A DNA stretch of 15,616 bases from Planctomycetota bacterium. Lineage in GTDB: Bacteria > Planctomycetota > GCA-002687715 > DRQF01. The stretch covers positions 33,029 to 48,644 of the forward strand of contig JALTLO010000115.1 of NCBI GenBank assembly GCA_027001995.1, in the 5' to 3' direction. Positions 1 through 7,477 of the stretch are shown one piece after another (position 1 is the stretch's first letter; each line of letters starts with the position of its first letter). A program made the translations under genes and the position numbers. Below the pieces are notes generated by a model. That model did no database searches. It was not told the DNA's origin and saw nothing but the letters and a program-made list of their open reading frames with translations.

Positions 1-129
1 AACTACACCTTCGCAATGCCCGCAGGTCTTACTGGTTTCTCTTTGATGATCCAAAGCTTGATTCTTGAGCCAGGATTGAACGTCATCAACTTCGGAATTG
101 ACGACGCCATCGAATTGCAGATCATGTAA
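1..129 (+). CDS. 3' end of a gene entering from the left; C-terminus NYTFAMPAGLTGFSLMIQSLILEPGLNVINFGIDDAIELQIM*
   Basis: Frame +1 is open from base 1 to TAA at 127-129 and is followed by a strong + strand intrinsic terminator at 159-190. It is absent from the ORF track because it is truncated at the window edge. Confidence 0.7.
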   Translation, partial: NYTFAMPAGLTGFSLMIQSLILEPGLNVINFGIDDAIELQIM

Positions 130-158
130 TCGAAATCGAAACGGAATTTCGTTTCATG

Positions 159-190
159 GGGGCTCTCCTGCGGGAGGGCCCCTTTTTTTT
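159..190 (+). terminator. Rho-independent terminator
   Basis: GGGGCTCTCC-TGCG-GGAGGGCCCC forms a 10-bp stem with one G-U pair, followed directly by T8 (183-190). It lies 30 nt after the TAA at 129. A smaller hairpin, GAAACGG-AATT-TCGTTTC, precedes it at 138-155. Confidence 0.9.
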
Positions 191-242
191 GTGCAAGAAG
201 AAGCTCAGTCTTCCTTTTGTGCAAGAAGAAGCTCAGTCTTCC
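187..242. repeat. Perfect 28-bp tandem duplication (TTTTGTGCAAGAAGAAGCTCAGTCTTCC x2)
   Basis: Identical copies at 187-214 and 215-242 with no spacer. The second copy contains the stop codon of the minus-strand gene (233-235). Confidence 0.95.
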
Positions 243-760
243 AGATCGTCAATGAGTGAGTCAATGATCCCCGTCGGCAAAGAAACGGTAGCACCATGTT
301 TGTCCAAGACATCCCCCCATTCATCATCGCTCATCCCAGACTCAGCAAGAAACCTGGCAACGAGAGCATCCCCAGCTCCATGGTCCAGATCGAATAAGCT
401 GTCTAAGTCATTTCCTTGGACATCCAAGGCTAGGTGAGTCAATAGGATGAGCCCATCTTCATCCGTCAGTTCCCCCAACGCCTGGTTCCAAGAATCAATC
501 TTTGAGGTGATCTCATTCAACGCAGCCAAAGTAAAAGCAGTGGCGTGGTAGATGGGTGTCCGTCCATCCAAATCACCCGTCAGAATAAGATTTCTTGTGT
601 TTGTCAGAGCCTGCTTGAGGCAACCCTTAGCTATTTCTTCATCGTTTGAGACATGAAAGGCCAGATCAAAGTTGGGCGCATAGATGCGCCCAAGGACATT
701 CTCAAGAGCGTCCAAATTCCCCTTGAGTGCATTGATGAGAACATAGTCCTTCTTCGCCAT
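233..760 (-). CDS. Hypothetical acidic protein with a degenerate ECF sigma-70-like layout (regions 2 and 4)
   Basis: 175 aa with SD AGGGGGAG just upstream of the ATG. LINALKGNLDALENVLGRIYAPNFDLAFHVSNDEEIAKGCLKQAL follows the hydrophobic pattern of ECF region 1.2/2. NQALGELTDEDGLILLTHLALDVQGNDLDSLFDLDHGAGDALVARF follows region 4 (AL..L....R.VL.L....LS..EIA..L....GTVKSRL.RA). The CDS is secure; the fold call is tentative. Confidence 0.6.
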   Translation of the reverse strand: MAKKDYVLINALKGNLDALENVLGRIYAPNFDLAFHVSNDEEIAKGCLKQALTNTRNLILTGDLDGRTPIYHATAFTLAALNEITSKIDSWNQALGELTDEDGLILLTHLALDVQGNDLDSLFDLDHGAGDALVARFLAESGMSDDEWGDVLDKHGATVSLPTGIIDSLIDDLED

Positions 761-789
761 GACTCCCCCTTATTGAAGCCCGCTCAAGA

Positions 790-814
790 GGCCCTGTCTT
801 GCGAAACAAGGGCC
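790..814. other. Intergenic stem-loop (possible weak terminator or RNA stability/processing element)
   Basis: GGCCCTGTCTTGCGAAACAAGGGCC gives about a 10-bp stem with a bulge on the minus-strand transcript. It lies between the UT-sirtuin stop and the SD of the 175-aa gene and has only a weak U-tract (UCUU). Confidence 0.45.
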
Positions 815-836
815 CCACACATAGAAACCACCACAA

Positions 837-2714
837 TCAGTTCAGCCACATACGCATGTGCTTCATTTCGTCAACAAGTTCCTCAAGGACGTCTCCCGTG
901 GAACCCCTCAAAAGAACATCAGCGATAGAATCAAAGTCCGTCGCCGTGTAGTTGACGATAATAAGTTTGGCACCATTGGACGCGGCCCGGGCCACAAGAG
1001 ACGCCACGGGCTCAACGCTCAAGGAAGTACCCGCCACAAGAAGTAGATCACATTGATCAATCAATGTGAGCGCTTTTTGGCTCGACTCCTGTTTCATGGG
1101 TTGGCCAAAGGCGATGGAATCTGGCTTGAGAAGTCCTTGGCAGTGGAGACAATAGGGAACTTCGGTTCCGTGGAGAATCCAACGAAAAACCTCATCTCTC
1201 GAATATGCCGCCCCACAGCTCAAGCAACTGACGCCGAATTCATCACCATGAATCTCAACAACACGCTCTGCTTTATTGCCAGCCCTTTGATGCAAACGAT
1301 CAACATTCTGGGTGATGATGCCTGAGAGTTTACCGATTTTCTCAAGGTCAGCGAGAGCCCGATGTGCCTTGTTCGGTTTTGCTTCACGGAGCAAGACGTA
1401 GAAATCTTGGCTCATCCGCCAATAGGTCTTACGGGCATTTTCATCCCGAAGGAAAGCAGAGTAGACCAGATCCGCCGGGTCATAGGCAGTCCAAGCAATG
1501 ATCCCAGAACGATAGTCGGGGACACCAGATTCAGTGCTGATTCCAGCCCCCGTCAAGACCACAACGCGCTCGCTGGCAAGAAGGTGATTGACAGCTTTCT
1601 TGATGGACTTAGCGGGTACTCCTGGAGGTTGAGGTTTCTGCATCTCTTCGACATCTTGCCAATAGCGCATTCCAGCCGCTCGACTCGGCCCAAAATTGGG
1701 CACGGCATCAGAGCCGACGCGATAAAGTGGTACAGGCACTGGCAAGAACTTGAGGATGGGCTTAGGAGCAAACCGCAAGATCCCCAAGGCTACGATGGCC
1801 GTAAGGGCAAAAGGAAGAGTCAAGAGCGGCAGCTCGAGTTGTTCGAAAAACAACCCTGTAACTTGCCAAAGCGGAGCCGCCACCATCATCGACGCCACTG
1901 CCAGGAGAAAGCTGCGCCAACTTGCGTGAACGAAGAAAAAACCGAGGGCCAACCCCAGAGGTGCTGCGGTAAACCAAGTGAAACCTGGGTAGCGGGGGGC
2001 ATTCGCACCCAAGAGAAGCCCAGCGACGCTCAAAGCCAAGGCAACTGAGACAAGCACCGCGGGAATGCGCCGAGGATTCTCAATGGCGTAACCCAACAAG
2101 AGCAAGACGGCCACGGGTAAATGAGGTAGTCCAGCGTCAAACCAAAGGCGCCAGGCATCTTTCAGGCCAGCGAGGCCATGCCAATGGACATCAACGAACG
2201 ATGGAAAATAAGCATCCGGAGACAAAGTCAGCACGCCAAGACCAACGAAGATCTTGCTCATACCCCAAACAGAAAGCATGGACGGAAAAGTGAGGGCTGG
2301 AAGACCCGGTCTGTCCGACCACCCAGTCAGGGAATAGAGCCGCATCAGGAACCCGGATGTTGCAGAAGAAAAAAGGACCAGCATCATGGGCCAGCCATAG
2401 TCCACTTCCACCGCAGGAACCAATCCTTCGGGGGTCACAAAAGCAATACTACCCAAACCGGCCAATACGCCGTTGTAGCCGAAGACACCACTTTCGACCA
2501 TCAGCCGATCGGCGCCCAGCAAGCGGGCGACGAAGCTCGACACGAGAGCGCCAGCTAAGGCACTCGCACCGGCGAGGGGATGCAAGACGAAAAGAGCGAT
2601 AAGAAATACTAATCCCGATGCGGACCCTGAGGCGAAGAATAACAAGCCGTGACTCTTCAACAGAGTTCGGACTTGGTTCTCAACCCCCGTTGACCAATGC
2701 CTGATCAATGTCAA
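837..2714 (-). CDS. Fusion protein: N-terminal urea-transporter (UT)-family membrane domain plus C-terminal NAD-dependent sirtuin (Sir2/CobB-like) deacylase domain
   Basis: UT domain (~1760-2690): many hydrophobic helices, GVFGYNGVLAG, and twin signatures LPALTFP and LPLLTLPF. Sirtuin domain (~840-1605): TGAGISTESGVPDYR, KPNKAH, TQNVDRLH, EIHG catalytic His, CLSC/CLHC zinc ribbon, GTSL, IIVN. The frame is uninterrupted. Start is TTG at 2714 (overlapping the upstream TGA) or TTG at 2708 (better spacing from SD GGGGAG). Confidence 0.92.
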   Translation of the reverse strand: MTLIRHWSTGVENQVRTLLKSHGLLFFASGSASGLVFLIALFVLHPLAGASALAGALVSSFVARLLGADRLMVESGVFGYNGVLAGLGSIAFVTPEGLVPAVEVDYGWPMMLVLFSSATSGFLMRLYSLTGWSDRPGLPALTFPSMLSVWGMSKIFVGLGVLTLSPDAYFPSFVDVHWHGLAGLKDAWRLWFDAGLPHLPVAVLLLLGYAIENPRRIPAVLVSVALALSVAGLLLGANAPRYPGFTWFTAAPLGLALGFFFVHASWRSFLLAVASMMVAAPLWQVTGLFFEQLELPLLTLPFALTAIVALGILRFAPKPILKFLPVPVPLYRVGSDAVPNFGPSRAAGMRYWQDVEEMQKPQPPGVPAKSIKKAVNHLLASERVVVLTGAGISTESGVPDYRSGIIAWTAYDPADLVYSAFLRDENARKTYWRMSQDFYVLLREAKPNKAHRALADLEKIGKLSGIITQNVDRLHQRAGNKAERVVEIHGDEFGVSCLSCGAAYSRDEVFRWILHGTEVPYCLHCQGLLKPDSIAFGQPMKQESSQKALTLIDQCDLLLVAGTSLSVEPVASLVARAASNGAKLIIVNYTATDFDSIADVLLRGSTGDVLEELVDEMKHMRMWLN

Positions 2715-4081
2715 CTCCCCTTCGGCATCAGACTGTCAGGAACACTTTCCAATGCCAAAGCGTCGGCCACCGTCTCTTCTCGCCGAATCACGTGAACTTC
2801 ATCATCCAACGCCATAACGTAATTGGGTCGGGAATAAATGAACTGCATGGACTGACTGAAGTTATAGGCCCCAACCTTTCGAATTGCATAGACGTCACCA
2901 GGACGTGGAGAAGGCAAAGTCACCTTGGGCCGCACCACATCGATCTGCATACAAAGAGGACCGAACAATTTCACCCGCTCTGTGGGGCGTGGCTCAGTAG
3001 CGATAGGCGTGATCTCATGATCATACCAATAGGCTGTTGGCAAGATGTTGACGCCGGCGTCAATAATAGCCGCCCGTCCTCCGCCCCGCAGTGGCTTCAC
3101 CGAAACAACAGTCGTAATGATGTCGCCACAATCGTCCACCAGAGCACGGCCCGGTTCCAAAATCAACTCGGGCTCATAACCCTCTTTTTCTTTCGCCCGT
3201 ATGAGAGGCTCTGTCACACAGTCGGCATACATTTCTGGAGTAGGAGATGTGGCCGTTCCTTGGAGCATCTGACCCCGTAGGGTATTCGATGAAGCATACC
3301 CTCCTCCCATATCAATGGAGCCAGGGGCAACGCCAAATTTATCCCTCAGTCGAAGAGCCAGTTCCACAAGAGCTGACGCTCCTTTGCGGTATTGATCGGG
3401 ATTAGGAATATAGGTGCCCACATGCATGTGCAAACCAGCAAGTTCGAACTCAGGATTCGCCAAAATTCGCTTGGCCATGGCCATGGCATCACCACTTGCT
3501 AAATTAAAACCGAATTTATCCCAAGGCGGGTAACTCACATCCATATTGACGCGAATGCCGATACGTTTCTTGCCAGGAATATCTTTGGCCAGACGTTCAA
3601 CACGCAAGAGCTCATCGTGATTGTCCAAGTTTACTTGAGACCCATTCTCGAAGGCCCCAATCAGCTCCGCGTTCTTTTTCCAAGGCCCGTTAAACGTGAT
3701 GTCTTCCCCAGGAATTCCCAATCGCCGGCAGACGGCATACTCGAATCCTGACACCACCTCCATTTTCGCACCTTGCTGATACAAGAAAGCGACTAAGGAA
3801 CTCAGGTAGTTCGTTTTCACCGAGTACGCGACGTGCATCTTCTCGTAGTGCTGCTTAAATGCCCCGACGAATCCCTCGTAACTTTTCTTCAGTTGTTTGC
3901 CATCGAAGATCACCAGAGGTGATCCGTACTGTTCAAGTAAAGCAAGCGGGTCATGTCCGGCAATTCGGTCCATTGCCTGTGCTTGACGTTGGCTTAAGGG
4001 CGACCTTGTCGTCATAGGCCGATCTAAGGGAATGACCTTGGGAGCCTCATAAAGTCGCGTAGTTTTCTTCGCCTTTGTCAT
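2711..4081 (-). CDS. Group IV (alanine-racemase fold) PLP-dependent decarboxylase, LysA/BtrK-like; substrate unknown
   Basis: YGSPL, YSVKTN (PLP lysine), FNGPWK, DKFG, HMHVGT, DMGGG, EPGRAL, DAG, GPLCMQID, VGAY. ATGA overlap with the upstream gene at 4078-4081. Confidence 0.92.
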   Translation of the reverse strand: MTKAKKTTRLYEAPKVIPLDRPMTTRSPLSQRQAQAMDRIAGHDPLALLEQYGSPLVIFDGKQLKKSYEGFVGAFKQHYEKMHVAYSVKTNYLSSLVAFLYQQGAKMEVVSGFEYAVCRRLGIPGEDITFNGPWKKNAELIGAFENGSQVNLDNHDELLRVERLAKDIPGKKRIGIRVNMDVSYPPWDKFGFNLASGDAMAMAKRILANPEFELAGLHMHVGTYIPNPDQYRKGASALVELALRLRDKFGVAPGSIDMGGGYASSNTLRGQMLQGTATSPTPEMYADCVTEPLIRAKEKEGYEPELILEPGRALVDDCGDIITTVVSVKPLRGGGRAAIIDAGVNILPTAYWYDHEITPIATEPRPTERVKLFGPLCMQIDVVRPKVTLPSPRPGDVYAIRKVGAYNFSQSMQFIYSRPNYVMALDDEVHVIRREETVADALALESVPDSLMPKGS

Positions 4082-5031
4082 CGGCCAATCCTCTCCAACA
4101 AAGTACTTTGATCAATTGCAAAATCTATCGGTGCGTCGGCGTAGTAGAGACCTGAAGATGTGACGACTCCCGATTCTGCCGATTTCATCGCCGCCATCAA
4201 ATCACTTTCACAAGCCACAAGACAAGAACTGGGAAGAGGCATCGAAGCAACAAACCGAGCTTTTCTTTGTCCTGGCGCGCTTAACCACAGCGTCTGAAAG
4301 AAACCACTTGGCAGCTTAAGGTGAGTCAAATCGTCGATTGCTCGATTCCAGACCCGACCATCTACAGTTCTACCCATGGCCAATCGCCACGATGGCCGCA
4401 TGGAGTCAGCTCTAAAAAAAGCATGATGGCACCCTTTATCGTTCTCGAAATAGTGCAACCCCATGAACAAATCCCTCCCCAAGGAAGGAATCAATGCACA
4501 GGGGCCGACTCCCTTGCGGACAAGGGAAGCGAGCCGAAACCAAGCTTCACCTCCATCCTCCACCGCCACCAGGACGCCGTCCGGCTTCAAGATCCAGCCA
4601 CCATGAAAGATCTTCGCGCAGAGCTTACGGTCTGGTTTCGAAACGATCACCTCGTGTTCAGCTATAGGAACTTCCGCCACCGCCGCCGCTGCCAGAGATG
4701 CGAATCCTCGTGGCGAATCGAGGAGATCTTCCAAGGCAGATTGCCATGAATCATGTTCTTGATCACTCCGTAAGGCGTCTAACCACTCTAAGGCCGCCCG
4801 CGTTCCCGGCACCACAAGGTCATCTGGCCCCAGATCCTCAATCACCTCAAGGAGGCCAGATCCATCAACGCACTGGGCAAGGGAATCTTGCTGCCATCCA
4901 GAATCCATGGGAGAAACAGTCCAGCATTGATGCTTGACCTCCAAGCGGCGGAGCATGGATGCCAATGCTGCTCCACCGCCACCGTCGGGACCATCGTCCA
5001 AGTCGACAATATGTATGTTCCTATCTGCCAT
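4078..5031 (-). CDS. Degenerate ATP-grasp-like protein, apparent paralogue of 7474-8577
   Basis: 317 aa, translationally coupled on both sides. It is collinear with the active ligase: IVDLDDGPDGGGGAALASMLRR vs ISGLDSGTNPHPGTAVAMALKR, LVVPGT vs VLLPCL, SGLYY vs AGIYF. It lacks the ExNxR motif. Confidence 0.65.
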   Translation of the reverse strand: MADRNIHIVDLDDGPDGGGGAALASMLRRLEVKHQCWTVSPMDSGWQQDSLAQCVDGSGLLEVIEDLGPDDLVVPGTRAALEWLDALRSDQEHDSWQSALEDLLDSPRGFASLAAAAVAEVPIAEHEVIVSKPDRKLCAKIFHGGWILKPDGVLVAVEDGGEAWFRLASLVRKGVGPCALIPSLGRDLFMGLHYFENDKGCHHAFFRADSMRPSWRLAMGRTVDGRVWNRAIDDLTHLKLPSGFFQTLWLSAPGQRKARFVASMPLPSSCLVACESDLMAAMKSAESGVVTSSGLYYADAPIDFAIDQSTLLERIGR

Positions 5032-5032
5032 C

Positions 5033-7477
5033 CTATTTCCTCAACCCTTTGTTGATGGCTTCCAAACCTTGAGAAGCTGTTTCCAAGCGCGGCTCCTTTG
5101 CCAGTGCTTTCAAGAAGTAGCTCCTTGCCCGTGCTGGTTTACCCATTTGAAACCATGTCCAACCCAGGGCGCTCAATAAATCCACCCCTAAATCCTTATC
5201 ACGGCCTTCTCGCTTTTCGACTTTTTGAAACCGCCGCAAAGCTCGCTTAGTGAGACCAGCACTGTAGAGATTCCAGCCAAGAGTCATGTCCAAAGCCCGC
5301 CACGCTGCCTTATCGGCAGCGGTCTTGCCAAGAGTTTGGATCCAAGCCTCAGCATATTTTTCGGCTTCGTCGAATTTCTTCGATGCGCTGCAGGCCAAGG
5401 CCAAACCTTTCTTGTGCAAAGCTTCACCGGGTTCGAGTTCAACGGCTTTGGTGAAGTTCGCAACCGATTTTTCGTACTTGCTCCGGTTGTAGAAAGCCCA
5501 CCCCAACGTACCGTAGAGGGGGCGAAACTCCTCAAACTTAGACATCCATTCAGAAAGTTCTGATTCGGCAATGTACTCAGGGTCGGAATTAACCACAGCC
5601 GTGAATGCAATGCGAGCTTCGATGTGTCGGTTCTTAGCAATAAGCATCCGGCCATAACGATCATTGAGTTCAGCATCCGTGGGAAAGTCCTTAACCCACT
5701 GTGCCAAGAGATCAAAGACCTCTTCCCCACGATTCCATTCAATGAGTGCCCGGGCCAGGAGCTTACGAGGCCGAGGGTCGTTAGGAAGTTGAGCCAAAAG
5801 TGGTTCTAAGACTCGTTTCGCATCGCCATACTCACGCAGACTCACCAAGGCCCACCCCAATCCGACACCGGCATCGGTCAGTTTTGGATTTCTTTGCAAT
5901 GCCGAACGAAAGAGTTTGGCAGCATCTCTAGGTCTGCTTTGTAGTCGGGCAATGTGCCCAAGGGAGTAATCGATCAGGTCGATGCGCGCCCGAGGGAATC
6001 TCTTGGCAGGATCTTGCCTCAGATTCTTGAAGATTGCCGATGCACCGTCCAATTCTCCGGTGCCTATAAGAGCCCAGGCCCGATTGTAGTCCTCAAAACG
6101 CCACACTTGAATCAGTTTCATTCCCTCGATTGCAGGGGAATAGTCCGGCATTGCTGCCAGAGATTTTTGGAAGCTCATCTCGGCTTCCAGGTATTTCTTT
6201 TGCGCAATCCTCACATAACCAAGGCCGGCATGAGCATCTGCCCATTCACCTTGAAGTTCAAGGGCCTTCTCAAACATGGTGGCAGCTTCATCCGCTTCTC
6301 CCAGCCGTAAATGAGCCCAGCCCGCAATCGTAGAAGCCGACAGCTCAACTTCCGTTGTTGCACTTCCATCTGCATTCGGGACCCGCTGATCACGCTGAGG
6401 ATCCTGCCCTCTGTCATGGAGAGACTTAGTGATCCTTAAGGCACCCAAGTTGTCGCCTTGATTGAGAGCACACAGGGCGTCCCCAAGAAGCATTTGGTCG
6501 CGTTCGACATTGGTGGCAGCCGAGCGAAAAACCTGTTGGGCGCTTAAGTACTGCCCAAATTCTGTCAGTGCAAAGCCATAGTCGACCAAGAGACCATTGC
6601 GAGACTTATCCTGGCGAATCCAGGCGAGTAGATCAGCAGTGGCAGCGCTTGGGGACATCTCAAGAGCCCGGCGAAACAATTGAAACGCCTTATCTTTGTC
6701 GCCCTTCTTATTGAGGGACCAGGCCATGCCGTACACAGCACCCCAACTTTGAGGAAAGAGCTCCCGAGCTTTTTCGAAACGCCTCAATGCCGCAGTTGAA
6801 TTGCCCGAATAATAAGCGCACCAACCGTGACTCAGTCGGACTTGCAAATTGTTCGGGTCATACTTGATGGTATGTTCGAAAGCGATGTCAGCTAAACTGT
6901 ATTTCTTACGAGCCAGTTCCACGAAACCAATCCCCGCACTGGTCACGGGATCGTTGCGAACAATGCGATTGGCTTTTTTCAGGTCCTTGAGAGCTTTTTG
7001 GTAGAGCCCAAGGTAGTAATAGCAATAGCCGCGCCCGCGATAGCAACGATTCAAAATATCGTCGTGAGGCCGCGGACGTTTTTCCAGGATGGCGTCAAAA
7101 GTCGCAACCGATTCAGTATATCGGCTTTGAGCCAGCAACGTTTCCGCACGAACGATCTCCCCGAGACGGGCGTTCTTAACGCTCTCGAGGCCCATTTTCG
7201 AATAGCGATAGTTCTTGTCGATCGAAAGCGCTTTCTTGAAGCAAGTTTCTGCTTGATCAAGATCGCCACGAAAGAAATAACACCAGCCCAAGCCGTCTTG
7301 AATCTCATGACTCTTGGGGTAAAGACGGGCATCTTTGGCCAACAATTCAAGAGCTACATCATATCGTTTCTGTTTGAAGTAGTCCCAACCAGTGAGACCA
7401 CCCTTCTTTGAACTTTGTCCCAGAGATGTTCCCACAATGAGGAGAACAACAAGCACGATCCAGGAGAAGCGTTTCAT
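5033..7477 (-). CDS. Large exported tetratricopeptide-repeat protein
   Basis: 814 aa with Sec-type signal peptide MKRFSWIVLVVLLIVGTSLG. Many TPR units carry a recurring (L/I)GW motif (GLGWCYF, SHGWCAY, IAGWAHL, GLGWAL, TLGWAFY, TLGWNLY, ALGWTWF). ATGA overlap with the ligase stop. Confidence 0.9.
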   Translation of the reverse strand: MKRFSWIVLVVLLIVGTSLGQSSKKGGLTGWDYFKQKRYDVALELLAKDARLYPKSHEIQDGLGWCYFFRGDLDQAETCFKKALSIDKNYRYSKMGLESVKNARLGEIVRAETLLAQSRYTESVATFDAILEKRPRPHDDILNRCYRGRGYCYYYLGLYQKALKDLKKANRIVRNDPVTSAGIGFVELARKKYSLADIAFEHTIKYDPNNLQVRLSHGWCAYYSGNSTAALRRFEKARELFPQSWGAVYGMAWSLNKKGDKDKAFQLFRRALEMSPSAATADLLAWIRQDKSRNGLLVDYGFALTEFGQYLSAQQVFRSAATNVERDQMLLGDALCALNQGDNLGALRITKSLHDRGQDPQRDQRVPNADGSATTEVELSASTIAGWAHLRLGEADEAATMFEKALELQGEWADAHAGLGYVRIAQKKYLEAEMSFQKSLAAMPDYSPAIEGMKLIQVWRFEDYNRAWALIGTGELDGASAIFKNLRQDPAKRFPRARIDLIDYSLGHIARLQSRPRDAAKLFRSALQRNPKLTDAGVGLGWALVSLREYGDAKRVLEPLLAQLPNDPRPRKLLARALIEWNRGEEVFDLLAQWVKDFPTDAELNDRYGRMLIAKNRHIEARIAFTAVVNSDPEYIAESELSEWMSKFEEFRPLYGTLGWAFYNRSKYEKSVANFTKAVELEPGEALHKKGLALACSASKKFDEAEKYAEAWIQTLGKTAADKAAWRALDMTLGWNLYSAGLTKRALRRFQKVEKREGRDKDLGVDLLSALGWTWFQMGKPARARSYFLKALAKEPRLETASQGLEAINKGLRK

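Noticed and set aside
3..224. Minus-strand 73-aa ORF and + strand ORF 156-437
   Set aside because: Both run through the terminator and tandem repeat and lie antisense to better-supported genes.
187..242. 28-bp repeat as a CRISPR array
   Set aside because: Only two copies, no spacer, no cas genes.
840..1605. Sirtuin as an anti-phage NADase (ThsA/DSR-type)
   Set aside because: It has the zinc ribbon and the full classical deacylase motif set, and its context is biosynthetic rather than a defence island. Not excluded experimentally.
2711..4081. Housekeeping lysA
   Set aside because: HVGT and GPLCMQID differ from canonical HIGSQ and GPxCESGD, and the gene is embedded in a specialised operon, so no symbol was assigned.
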